Shown piece after piece: positions 55,766 through 64,000 of a stretch of DNA of 64,000 nucleotides. The stretch is from IMG/VR virus record IMGVR_UViG_3300033074_002003; one strand, written 5' to 3'. Numbering within the stretch: position 1 is the first letter of the stretch; each line of letters starts with the position of its first letter. The translations under genes were made by a program, and so were the position numbers. The notes below the pieces were generated by a model. That model had not been told where the DNA came from, did not search any database, and was given only the letters and a program-made list of their open reading frames with translations. The stretch is from a virus.

Positions 55766-56118
55766 CACCTGAGAGCTTTTGCTTTTCCGAAAATCTCGTC
55801 TTGGTTCAAGTTCTCGCTCGCTCGCTGGGCCGCGGAGATCATCTCGGCGAGCTTCATCAGCTGGTCGGTGCTCCTGCTCATTCTTTCGATGTACTTTGCG
55901 AGCTGTGGTCCCTGGATTGCGTGCTGCGTCGGATCGCTCTGCACGAGATCGTGAAGCTCGGTGAAGAGCATGTGCGCGTTGATTCGATCCGTGATCGCGT
56001 TCTCGTAGATTTCCACCCACAGCGCGCGGACCTTGTCGTCGAGTGACTCGATATCCTCAAGAAGGCCGGAAAAGTCCTTGACGTGTTTCTCGATTGTTGT
56101 GGGATCTGTATTTGCCAT
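55765..56118 (-). CDS. Hypothetical protein (117 aa)
   Basis: Helical. Possible weak late motif CTATGTAATC upstream. Confidence 0.45.
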   Translation of the reverse strand: MANTDPTTIEKHVKDFSGLLEDIESLDDKVRALWVEIYENAITDRINAHMLFTELHDLVQSDPTQHAIQGPQLAKYIERMSRSTDQLMKLAEMISAAQRASENLNQDEIFGKAKALR

Positions 56119-56122
56119 GAGA

Positions 56123-56938
56123 TTACATAGTTTCGCTCTTGATTTTTCGATACTGCTTCTTGAGAGAGTGCAGCGTTGCTGTCAGTTGCTTCGGAGACAT
56201 GCCGGAGAGCTCGCGGATGTAGAGAAGAATCGCACTCTTGCTCAGCAAGTCAACGCTGTCAATGTTCTCAAAGATGGTCATGATCGAGTTCATGCAAGCG
56301 AGCTCGTTCTGCGTCTTCACAGAGTCACGGATCGTGTTCAACATGTCGGTGAGACCGTTCACGAAATTTGCCGATTCGATCATCGTCTCTTGCGAGGGGA
56401 CGACGTTTCGCTCCTCCATGATCTTCATCTCACGCGCTGACATTCCATCTATATCATCGAGACTGACATTTCTCTTGATACGCGTCGACTTCTGCTTCGT
56501 ACGGATGATGAGCCAATTTTTGGCGATGATGTTGAAGTACGAAAACGCGTTCGTGCCGCGACTGTTGTCAAACTTCCTGATCTGCTCAAAGAGAAACGTG
56601 ACACAGTCGTTCTTCAGATCGTCGTATGAATCATACAGGCCCGAGAACTTGTGAATGTTGATCAGATTCTCGACGAGTTTTTCGAACGCGGGAAAGATCT
56701 CTGTGACGTAAATCTGTTCCCTCTTCTTCTGTTCCGTCGCGTTCTGGTACTCGACGATCGCCGCCTGCGTCGCAGGTGTGAAGTAATACTTGCCGCCCGT
56801 ACCCTTCTTGCGACGCCTGATGATCCGCCTCTGCGGGGGCGCGGCAGGTGGAGATGATGTCTCACCCGCGTCTGTTGGCACCGCGACTGTCGTTGGTGCT
56901 GTAGGCTCAGCGATTTTCGTTTTCTTCTTCATTTTCAT
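56123..56938 (-). CDS. Phage sigma-70-like factor
   Basis: Region 2-like FEKLVENLINIHKFSGLYDSYDDLKNDCVTFLFEQIRKFDNSRGTNAFSYFNIIAKNW. Region 4-like C-terminal HTH. Start trimmed to MKMKKK. Confidence 0.55.
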   Translation of the reverse strand: MKMKKKTKIAEPTAPTTVAVPTDAGETSSPPAAPPQRRIIRRRKKGTGGKYYFTPATQAAIVEYQNATEQKKREQIYVTEIFPAFEKLVENLINIHKFSGLYDSYDDLKNDCVTFLFEQIRKFDNSRGTNAFSYFNIIAKNWLIIRTKQKSTRIKRNVSLDDIDGMSAREMKIMEERNVVPSQETMIESANFVNGLTDMLNTIRDSVKTQNELACMNSIMTIFENIDSVDLLSKSAILLYIRELSGMSPKQLTATLHSLKKQYRKIKSETM

Positions 56939-57217
56939 TCTCTTGCATCGTGACAAGCCGTGCAGCGGTAAGAACACTTCTCTGTGCCGCGCGAATTGTC
57001 GCCAGCACTCTCCTTGTGATTGGGTCATCCATGAGGACGGGCTTGCTCAGTGCGTCTTCGATGGCAAAATATGCGTCATTTAGGACATTTTGCGCGTCTT
57101 CGTAATTGTTCTCGAACCTCTCAACGAACTCGCTCTGCTTCAGATTTAGACGCACGCTCCACACTAGCGCTACTGACAGCGCAATTACAAGCAAAGAAAG
57201 TATGACGACTACGACAA

Positions 57218-58489
57218 TCACGGTGAGACGTACTTTCCGAGAGCATCGTCGTAGAGCGACGAGATCGCCTCAAAATTGTAGCGCTTTCGAATCTCTGCGC
57301 CGAGCTCTTTCGCCCACGAGGTCGGAACCTCGGGAGACGACCTGAACTTGAGAATCTTCTTCTTTGCGTCGTCAAGCTTCGGTTCCGCCCACCTCGAACC
57401 GCGTACGAAGATCGAGCCGTCTACTCTGCTACTCGGTACCTCTACGAGAGAGTACCCGATCTTGATGAACTTTCCGACGTCGAGGAAATCGCGGTGACCC
57501 GACCAGTCTGTCGCGATCACGGGAAGGCCAACAGCCGCTGCTTCTAGCAGAGGCAGTCCCCAACCCTCTCCTCGTGTGAGAGATACGAGCGCACGCGTAT
57601 TCGGGTGTGACATCAGCGTCTTCACACCGATATCAGTCGTGCTGCCGTGAAATACGTGGATGCGCGGTCGCCCGGGTTTGTTCTCGCCGAGAGCCTGTCT
57701 CAGCACTGACATCGTTACCTCCCTGTCGATCCGTGTGTTGCGCCCTGAGTTCGTCTTCAGGATGATTCCCACGTCACTGTCGCCCGCGAACGTCTCAGAG
57801 AGAAGCGATAGCGTATTGAACGTATTCTTGCGATCGCTCTTCGCGTCTCCCGTAAGCTGGCCAAAGACAAGGATGTTGAATGTTGTGTCGATGGCATTGA
57901 GCGCTGACTGTACGCGGGAATCGTGCGCGTAGCTCGAAAGCGCTAGAACGTCCGGAAATGACTCGGGAACGATGGACACCGGGACGCTGATCCTGCCCGC
58001 GGCCTCGAACGCGGCGAGGACATGCTTCGATGGGAACACGACGTGTGACATCCTGTTGCACGCAGCAACCCAGTCTGGGTGACAGCGATCTGACTCGACG
58101 CCCGCTGTCATTCCGATGTTCACGACACCCGGCTTTGGCTCCCACTCGTTCGGCAGCTTCAGCTGGATCGACACGTCGTGCTGTTCCGTCGGCGCGACAC
58201 TTCGCAGTTGAAGCGCGCCGATAAATCCGCCGTCGGCTTTCCCGTCGAGAATCCAGGGAGTGTTCCCCCACGGCACGGCGTGGATAAGCAGCTCGATCTG
58301 CCCCGCCTGGTGCTTCGCAAACAGCCAACGCGCCACCTGACGGGAGTGGACACCGTAGCCAGACTCGGTGAAAACTGGTGCTGACAACATGACACGCGGC
58401 TTCTTGCGCGAGGCACCAGAGATGAGGCGATTGAAATCTCCGATGCTCTTCTCGAGCTGCTCGGGGGTGAATGCGTCGAAACTCTTCAC
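57218..58489 (-). CDS. Glycosyltransferase, GT-B fold (GT4-like)
   Basis: EGWGLPLLEAAAVGLPVIATDWSGHRDF (E-x7-E donor-binding motif). Confidence 0.7.
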   Translation of the reverse strand: MKSFDAFTPEQLEKSIGDFNRLISGASRKKPRVMLSAPVFTESGYGVHSRQVARWLFAKHQAGQIELLIHAVPWGNTPWILDGKADGGFIGALQLRSVAPTEQHDVSIQLKLPNEWEPKPGVVNIGMTAGVESDRCHPDWVAACNRMSHVVFPSKHVLAAFEAAGRISVPVSIVPESFPDVLALSSYAHDSRVQSALNAIDTTFNILVFGQLTGDAKSDRKNTFNTLSLLSETFAGDSDVGIILKTNSGRNTRIDREVTMSVLRQALGENKPGRPRIHVFHGSTTDIGVKTLMSHPNTRALVSLTRGEGWGLPLLEAAAVGLPVIATDWSGHRDFLDVGKFIKIGYSLVEVPSSRVDGSIFVRGSRWAEPKLDDAKKKILKFRSSPEVPTSWAKELGAEIRKRYNFEAISSLYDDALGKYVSP

Positions 58490-59745
58490 AGCGTCCTCAT
58501 TTCCCAGGGCTTGTATCCCTCACCGCGCTTGAACTTCTCGATGGTCTCTTCCATTGTTGTGTCCCACGTCTCAACGATCTTCTCGTGAACGAACTCGGTG
58601 TTCACATAGTTGCGAGCTTTCTCGCCGAGCTTCGCTCGTCCCTCGGGACCGAGCTCGTACATCTCCATGAACGCCTTCGCCACCGTCTCGTGTGAGATGT
58701 GGTCCTCGACGATGAACGGAATGTTCTGCGAGCCGCAGACGCGCTTCACTTCTGGCTCCAGCGCGATTCCGTTCAGCGAACCGTCGCGGTGGTCAACGAC
58801 CTGCCGCGTGAGCCCTCCCGTCTTCAGCGCGATAGCCGGCCGTCCGACATATGCCGCCTCGAGCGTCGGTAGGCCGAAACCTTCTGCCGACGAGATGTTG
58901 ACAGTGAAGTCACACATGTTGTAGAAGGCGTTCATGTCTGGGAACGACACGCGGTTGACAGAGAACGTCACGTTCTCGAACAGCTTCAGGTGCTCCACGA
59001 TCTTGATGAGGTTCGGTCCCTCGTGATCGTGTGGGTCAGTGTGCATCACGAGCGTCGCCTTCGTGTGCCCGTGTTTCTCCTTCAGCGCGTCAATGAAGAG
59101 GCGCCACGACATCAGGACGTCACCGGGACGTTTCCTGTGCGCGTTCCTGTTTACCCAGAGGCCAACAAACTCGTCTTGTGGCTTGCCAGGGAGCGCTTGC
59201 GCCCTGATCGACGCGCGCTGCTCGGGTGTCATCTGGAAGTAGAGACCCTTTGGGAGGGCGTGTGGCACCCAGTTGGTCCGCTCGGGCACCCAGGACTTCA
59301 CTGCGGTATACGTCGGCCAGTTAATACAGTTCACCAGGTCCGTCGACTCGTAGAGCACCCGATTGAAATCAGGCGGCATATCGCACTGGTCCCACAGGTG
59401 CCAGTACACGATCGGACAAATTTGGTGGACCTCTTCTTCCATTTCCCAGACCCAAAGGAAGAATCTAGGGTCTGTAAACAGGAAAAGCGCGTCAGGACGC
59501 TCTTTCGCAAGCATGATTCGCAGCCGATCACGGCCACCAAATCCATCAACTGGTACGATCGTCAGATCGGGATGTGGTTTTACCACTTCGTACGACTCGT
59601 GTTTAATCGCGCCGCCCAACACAATGAATTCGTATTTTCCCGTCCGTAGAAGCCCATCTATCAGGAATCTTGCTTGGGTCCCCACACCCGAAGTCGATAA
59701 CGGGTGATCCGTTAGCATCAAAATCTTCTTTTTTGCCGTTGCCAT
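58486..59745 (-). CDS. Glycosyltransferase, GT-B fold (GT1/GT4-like)
   Basis: AEGFGLPTLEAAYVGRPAIALKTGGL. Confidence 0.7.
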   Translation of the reverse strand: MATAKKKILMLTDHPLSTSGVGTQARFLIDGLLRTGKYEFIVLGGAIKHESYEVVKPHPDLTIVPVDGFGGRDRLRIMLAKERPDALFLFTDPRFFLWVWEMEEEVHQICPIVYWHLWDQCDMPPDFNRVLYESTDLVNCINWPTYTAVKSWVPERTNWVPHALPKGLYFQMTPEQRASIRAQALPGKPQDEFVGLWVNRNAHRKRPGDVLMSWRLFIDALKEKHGHTKATLVMHTDPHDHEGPNLIKIVEHLKLFENVTFSVNRVSFPDMNAFYNMCDFTVNISSAEGFGLPTLEAAYVGRPAIALKTGGLTRQVVDHRDGSLNGIALEPEVKRVCGSQNIPFIVEDHISHETVAKAFMEMYELGPEGRAKLGEKARNYVNTEFVHEKIVETWDTTMEETIEKFKRGEGYKPWEMRTL

Positions 59746-59765
59746 TCCTCAGAACTATAGGACGA
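59746..59765 (-). promoter_or_regulatory. Early-type leaderless promoter CCTATAGTTCTGAGGA-ATG for the GT-GT-sigma operon
   Basis: TATAGT hexamer 8 nt before the ATG, the same geometry as the early cassettes. Confidence 0.45.
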
Positions 59766-59817
59766 CAAACGAGCAAGTATATGCGTCACGCGTCAAAAGT
59801 CAACGAGAAAATGCTTG

Positions 59818-60453
59818 TTATGATTTAGCATTATGAAGTGAAGACAGAGCAGAACGACTTGACCCGTCTCTCTTCCGACGCGGGCGTTTGGTGACCGCAG
59901 CACGCATCTGATGCCATAGCTGTTTTCTAATTTCCGCTGTAGCGGGATCGTCTTTGATCTCAGAATCAAGGAGACCCCTGAGCCATGGCGGTATCAACTT
60001 GCGACTATAGTATGTCGCTTCTGGCCCATCACCGAAGATTCGTAGTTTTCCGGGCAATTTCTTGTCCGTGAGGCCGTGATTTACACAAATCGTATCGCCG
60101 AGCAGTTCATCAATTTCAGTGAACTCTTGTGGCACGATACAGACTTCTCCGCCGCCATAAAACTGAATCATCTTGCCACCACAACAGTCTCCAGACTTCA
60201 CGTCTTCAACTCTTGCCGTCGGTGTGTATTGTGATCTGAGTCCTCGTTTGCTAATTTCGTTGGCAAGATGTGGCCACCAACCGTGTGACATGCTCGTGAC
60301 ACCGCACGCGACATCTAGTGCCATTTGTACAAGCGCTTCATCTGAAGCTTCGTCACACTTGCGCGCGAACGCCTGAAATTCTCGCTGTCGTTGTTCTTGA
60401 TACTGTTTGCTGAATTCTGCGAGTTGTGACTTTATCTGTTCGTCATTTAGCAT
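59818..60453 (-). CDS. Hypothetical protein (211 aa)
   Basis: No recognisable motif. Confidence 0.4.
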   Translation of the reverse strand: MLNDEQIKSQLAEFSKQYQEQRQREFQAFARKCDEASDEALVQMALDVACGVTSMSHGWWPHLANEISKRGLRSQYTPTARVEDVKSGDCCGGKMIQFYGGGEVCIVPQEFTEIDELLGDTICVNHGLTDKKLPGKLRIFGDGPEATYYSRKLIPPWLRGLLDSEIKDDPATAEIRKQLWHQMRAAVTKRPRRKRDGSSRSALSSLHNAKS

Positions 60454-60880
60454 GAGAATAAGTATAGTGCAACTAAGTACGAACTACCTCAAATACAATG
60501 TCGTTGGGCACAACTCTCCAGATTTTACGACACTTTTCCGTCTTCGCCGATCCGAGATACAGGCGGATTGCCAGCCGCGAGTCTTACGGGATGCTGGGCA
60601 CAATGCGTCTCTGCCTGAGTGAGAAGCGACTCTACTATTGAATCTAACACTTCTGATCGTGAGAGTTCGAAGCGTAAACTTTCCATCAATACCCTCTTCA
60701 TGTCTTCGTGATCATAGTCAGGGTGCTCTAATGTCCACGATCCCATGAGTGGGATTCGAAATCTCATCGATGTTTGGAAGCGCTCGTGATCAGGAGGAAA
60801 ATCATCGCGACCGCGATTGTGACATGATGTATTGCCGTCCAGCATTGCTAGTTCGAATATCGCGCGAAATATGCTGCGAC

Positions 60881-61756
60881 TCATGGACAGTGCTCACTAT
60901 TTTTGAAATCGCACCAGGTGCAGTTGTTCCTGTTCTTCAGGAAGACGTTTCGCTCCAAGGACGCTAGCATGTTTGAGACGATCTTGAGCGCCCGCGTGAG
61001 GGTGACCTCACCGACAGACACCTTCATGAGCTCGCACTTCTTCCCGGGCTTCGGGCGGCGCTTCAGGATGACGAAGCCGCACCTCACGTCACGCAGTGCC
61101 GGGACCTCCTCACCAGCAGTGCCAACTTGGTCCATCCAGAACTTCTTGTAGAGCGTCAGCTGCAGGCCCAGGAGCGGCTCGCGCTTCTTCATGGGTGTCC
61201 AACCCGACCCGCTCGTCTTCCAGTCGAGGATCCAGACCTTCTCCTTGCCCTTCGCGTCGGGAGCGGCAATGATACAGTCGATGAAGCCCTTGAACTTTGC
61301 GCCCTTCGCGTTGATCGCCTCGTAGAGCGCCCTCTCGGCGTCAATGAGCCGCCAACCTGGGAAGTTCTTCTCGAGGAACTCTGGGACGTCGGCAAGGATC
61401 TCTGTCGCCTGCAGCTTCAGCTTGTCGAGCGAGAAGTCTTTCTCTTTCGGCTCGGCCCTCGCGTACTCAGGACGCCAGAGCTTGTCTAGCTGCTCGTACG
61501 CAATCTCGGGCTTCATCTCGCGCGTCTTGAGGTAGTGCTCGAGCGCGGCGTGGACAGCAGTTCCGAACGCCAGGTGGTACGAAGGCCGAAATACGTTGAT
61601 CTTGTCAACGTGTTTCAGCTTGTGGCGAAACGAACAGTCGTTCCAGTCTTTCAGCTCAGAGAAGCTGATGTGAGGCTTGCCCGTGATGAGTGTGAACTTC
61701 GGCGTCTCTTCTTCGACGGGCGCATCTAGAACCGAACCAGTGACTTCTTCTGACAT
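60881..61756 (-). CDS. Cas4/RecB-family PD-(D/E)XK exonuclease with 4-Cys cluster
   Basis: GFIDCI...WILDWKTS...QLTLYK (D, DxK, QxxxY). Cys in DWNDCSF plus C-terminal CTWCDFKNSEHC. Confidence 0.55.
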   Translation of the reverse strand: MSEEVTGSVLDAPVEEETPKFTLITGKPHISFSELKDWNDCSFRHKLKHVDKINVFRPSYHLAFGTAVHAALEHYLKTREMKPEIAYEQLDKLWRPEYARAEPKEKDFSLDKLKLQATEILADVPEFLEKNFPGWRLIDAERALYEAINAKGAKFKGFIDCIIAAPDAKGKEKVWILDWKTSGSGWTPMKKREPLLGLQLTLYKKFWMDQVGTAGEEVPALRDVRCGFVILKRRPKPGKKCELMKVSVGEVTLTRALKIVSNMLASLERNVFLKNRNNCTWCDFKNSEHCP

Positions 61757-62036
61757 GCAGAAGAATATACTGCATCTTCTACACTTGATCAGTCTTCAGT
61801 CAAGTTCAACCATCGCGAGGTGGTGTCGAACCTCGGCGATTGCAAGCCTCACGACAGCGGGATGACCGTCGGTGTCCTTCTTCTTGCGAAGCGCTCCGTC
61901 GCCGCTCCGCGTGATCCACGCATCATGCTTCTCTTTGCCACTCTCGATGACCACGTAGTAGTCAGTCTGCCAAGGATAGTAGATGATGTCGCGAATCGTG
62001 ATCATGCGCCCCCGTATATGAATATAGAGAACGTTT

Positions 62037-62111
62037 GCGCCCGTGACGAGAATCGAACTCGCACATACCGGAACATAACCTCCGGAGTTCTTCCTTTGAA
62101 CTACACGGACT
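62037..62111 (-). tRNA. tRNA gene (anticodon uncertain; 8-nt anticodon loop GGUUAUGU in my fold; 3' end ...G-CA, CCA not fully encoded)
   Basis: The reverse complement folds with acceptor GTCCGTG/CACGGGC, D stem GTTC/GAAC, anticodon stem CCGGA/TCCGG, variable TATGT, T-arm GCGAG-TTCGATT-CTCGT. Confidence 0.5.
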
Positions 62112-62730
62112 TACTGTGCTTGTCTAGCTTCAAAGAGTGTTCTTGGTTGTAGAGCTCCTGGGTGATGAGATTCTTCAGAGTGTGCAGCTTCACGAGATTT
62201 GCGTCGTGTGTGAGTGTGACCATCTTGTCGAAGAGCGGGATGTATTTTGTGCGCGTCTCTGCGAGCTGCTTCTCACGGAAAGCAAAGTCAGTTCCCGCGA
62301 GCGAACGGAGGTTGTCCAACCTGTCGCACGCTTTGATGGCGAACGGACGCCAATCAACACAGTCGTGGAACCGATCGAGGTAACCGTCAGCGGGACATTT
62401 GCTCAGCACCTTGACGATGCGTGTGACCTCCGGTCCGAAACAGTGCTCGATCATGTCAGCTGAAATGTCTTCGGTATCTTCCAACGAGTCGTGGAGGAGC
62501 GCGGCGATGGCAAGCTCTGAAGAGTAACAGCGAGCTTCATCAAGCAGTGAGATGGCCACGCGCCGCAGGTGTTCGAAGTACCTGAGAGCGTGACCTTCGC
62601 TATCGACCTCTTTGCGCGTTTGTGCACGGTGTCCGAATTTGGCGAGCATGTACGCAAGCCGAATGTCTCGCACCTCAGAGGGCGTAAAGTGAATCTCGAT
62701 GCGCTTGAAGAAGCTCGCCTTGTTTTCCAC
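62101..62730 (-). CDS. HD-domain hydrolase, RelA/SpoT (Mesh1/SAH-like) (p)ppGpp or alarmone hydrolase
   Basis: HD pair in FGHRAQTRK...AALLHDSLEDT. Confidence 0.65.
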   Translation of the reverse strand: MENKASFFKRIEIHFTPSEVRDIRLAYMLAKFGHRAQTRKEVDSEGHALRYFEHLRRVAISLLDEARCYSSELAIAALLHDSLEDTEDISADMIEHCFGPEVTRIVKVLSKCPADGYLDRFHDCVDWRPFAIKACDRLDNLRSLAGTDFAFREKQLAETRTKYIPLFDKMVTLTHDANLVKLHTLKNLITQELYNQEHSLKLDKHSKSV

Positions 62731-63089
62731 TATCCCACCCTCACACCTGGTAGTGCATCGGCTGGGGGCGTGATCATAGCCAGACCGCGTGTGGGATCGA
62801 GAGGCCCTAGCGGGTTAGTATCGACGGCAAGAAGCATGCCGTGACTCTCGACTCCCATCATGTTCCGCGGAGCGAGGTTGACAACAGCCAGAACTTTCAC
62901 GCCGACCAATGATTCGGGAGTGTAAGCTGTGGCAATACCAGCCAAGATCGTTCTTATGCTGAGCTCTGGCCCGAGGTAGACAGAGAGCTTCAAGAGCTTC
63001 TTGCTCTTCGGCACTGTCTCGGCCGTGAGAATGATGCCCACGCGAATGTCGACCTTCTGAAACTCTTCGAATGTGATCTCTTCGGTCAT
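62730..63089 (-). CDS. tRNA-binding domain protein (CsaA/Trbp111/EMAP-like OB fold)
   Basis: FQKVDIRVGIILTAETVPKSKKLLKLSVYLG...LVGVKVLAVVNL. Confidence 0.65.
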   Translation of the reverse strand: MTEEITFEEFQKVDIRVGIILTAETVPKSKKLLKLSVYLGPELSIRTILAGIATAYTPESLVGVKVLAVVNLAPRNMMGVESHGMLLAVDTNPLGPLDPTRGLAMITPPADALPGVRVG

Positions 63090-63538
63090 GGCGATCCTTT
63101 CAGTGCGAGGGGCAGGTGTTCGCACAGCTTGCGCGTCCGTTCGCCAGGACCGAGCGCGATAGCCGTGATCTTCCCACCGACGTCCGGTTCTCGGAATGCC
63201 GACGCCGGAACGTCGGCATCGTGTGCTGAAACCAACAGACGCATCAGCTCGATCTCAGACGGAGCGGACAGCAGCGCGAGGTAGTTCGAGTTCGTGAACC
63301 ACACCGAATCAACGTCCGGGTGATCGTGCGTAAACTGACGCATCGCGTGGCACGACTGGACGGCCTGGTAGCCCGGCGCAAGGTCCGCTCGGGTCACCAG
63401 ATAAAGCTTGTCTCCCGGCTTCACAGTGTGACCTGTCGTTCCGACGTGGGAATTTCCTGCGGTCCCTGTGTGTTTCCCGTCCACTTTGACTTTGGACGAG
63501 GCGCCTGCTTTTCCGCTGCGGGCTCTGCTAGCAACCAT
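63086..63538 (-). CDS. Peptidyl-tRNA hydrolase, PTH2 (archaeal/eukaryotic type)
   Basis: KLYLVTRADLAPGYQAVQSCHA...ITAIALGPG aligns with the PTH2 core (KMVLVVRxDLxMGxGKxAAQCxHA...TVLxIGPG). Confidence 0.6.
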   Translation of the reverse strand: MVASRARSGKAGASSKVKVDGKHTGTAGNSHVGTTGHTVKPGDKLYLVTRADLAPGYQAVQSCHAMRQFTHDHPDVDSVWFTNSNYLALLSAPSEIELMRLLVSAHDADVPASAFREPDVGGKITAIALGPGERTRKLCEHLPLALKGSP

Positions 63539-63879
63539 TTCGTAATATCACTTTCGCTGATACGCTTGTAGGTGAACTGCTCGGCGAGCTTTGCGATCCT
63601 CCCGGCAAGGAACGCCGTTGCGTCACTCGTACCGAGCTCAGTGCGACTCTCGACGACGCGGAAACTGACACCGCGCAGGTACGCATACGCCAAGAAGTAC
63701 AGGCGAGCACGCTCGCCGAGGGACCTCTTGATCGTCCAGTGACCGAAACGCTCATCGCCCGATGAGGACTGAATGAGCTTCCTAGATTTGGCGCCCGCAC
63801 CTGCAAGGCCCCTGACGATTCCCTTCAAAACAATGTGATTGATTTTGTCCATAATATCCTCCGATTCACTCAATTGCAC
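63421..63879 (-). CDS. Hypothetical protein (152 aa)
   Basis: SD GGAGG 9 nt upstream. Confidence 0.4.
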   Translation of the reverse strand: MQLSESEDIMDKINHIVLKGIVRGLAGAGAKSRKLIQSSSGDERFGHWTIKRSLGERARLYFLAYAYLRGVSFRVVESRTELGTSDATAFLAGRIAKLAEQFTYKRISESDITKWLLAEPAAEKQAPRPKSKWTGNTQGPQEIPTSERQVTL

Positions 63880-64000
63880 GCAAACTGCAGTGACAACGAG
63901 CGGAGGTGGACCCCTTATTCGAGTGCGGTTACAAGCCGCTTCACATTATCGACATATTTCTATCCTAATCACCATTTTTGCGTTGTACAGGCATCGTATT

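Noticed and set aside
55765-56020. N-terminal 85 aa of the listed 532-aa hub ORF
   Set aside because: Arg-rich, and overlaps the upstream 117-aa gene in another frame. The internal MDNNGSK Met coincides exactly with an ATGA stop/start overlap, so the gene was trimmed to 54422..55765.
1-64000. Eukaryotic giant-virus origin (suggested by MVP, PTH2, DSP-like phosphatase, Sir2)
   Set aside because: Promoters are bacterial extended -10 elements. The window has a sigma-70-like factor, a lipobox lipoprotein, gp25/gp6-like baseplate genes, and dense translational coupling with SD sequences. A tailed bacteriophage carrying eukaryote-like accessory genes fits better.

Overview
This window looks like part of a large tailed (myovirus-like) bacteriophage genome; there are no cellular housekeeping genes. 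Base composition is heterogeneous by eye: about 63-70% GC in the first 20 kb and nearer 52% in the structural module, so six-frame ORFs on the antisense strand of GC-rich parts are mostly artefacts. I see five modules. (1) 1-10.7 kb, + strand: about 28 small genes (61-243 aa), each with its own extended -10 promoter (TGnTATAGT / TAGAGT / TATACT) ending 6-8 nt before a leaderless start; the start context ATGGACAAC is conserved, so many products begin MDN. Conserved hairpin terminators are interspersed, and there is a promoter-less structured gap with a tRNA-like 3' module. (2) 10.9-14.0 kb: an HNH homing endonuclease, then two very GC-rich genes sharing a CATACTTAGTGNGATGG start motif; one is an SGNH/GDSL esterase fused to a LamG domain (putative virion depolymerase/esterase). 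(3) 14.07-19.93 kb: an 11-gene translationally coupled operon with overlapping stop/start, ending in a classic intrinsic terminator. Four members share a previously unrecognised C-terminal GW...GGxNGW...KKKGG domain; others are Cys-rich or membrane proteins. (4) 20-39 kb: a mixed-strand accessory region with a spanin-like pair, 7 tandem and at least 5 dispersed copies of a small RVGDL...IFW beta-barrel protein family, and an RNA-repair / tRNA-maintenance set (metallophosphoesterase, CX5R phosphatase, CCA-adding enzyme, RNA ligase, TadA-like deaminase). It also carries a second HNH, a Sir2 deacetylase, an 863-aa major-vault-protein homolog, a vWA protein and a PD-(D/E)XK protein. (5) 39.3-63.9 kb, - strand: the late structural module (LamG tail fibre, baseplate wedge gp25/gp6-like proteins, hub, very large baseplate proteins) driven by a leaderless late motif CTATTTA(A)GAC. 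Upstream lies an operon of two GT-B glycosyltransferases plus a phage sigma-70-like factor expressed from an early-type promoter. Beyond it are a Cas4-like nuclease, a tRNA gene with an odd anticodon loop and no encoded CCA, an HD (Mesh1-like) hydrolase, a tRNA-binding domain protein and a PTH2-type peptidyl-tRNA hydrolase. Every call rests on motifs read by eye; none is confirmed by database search.
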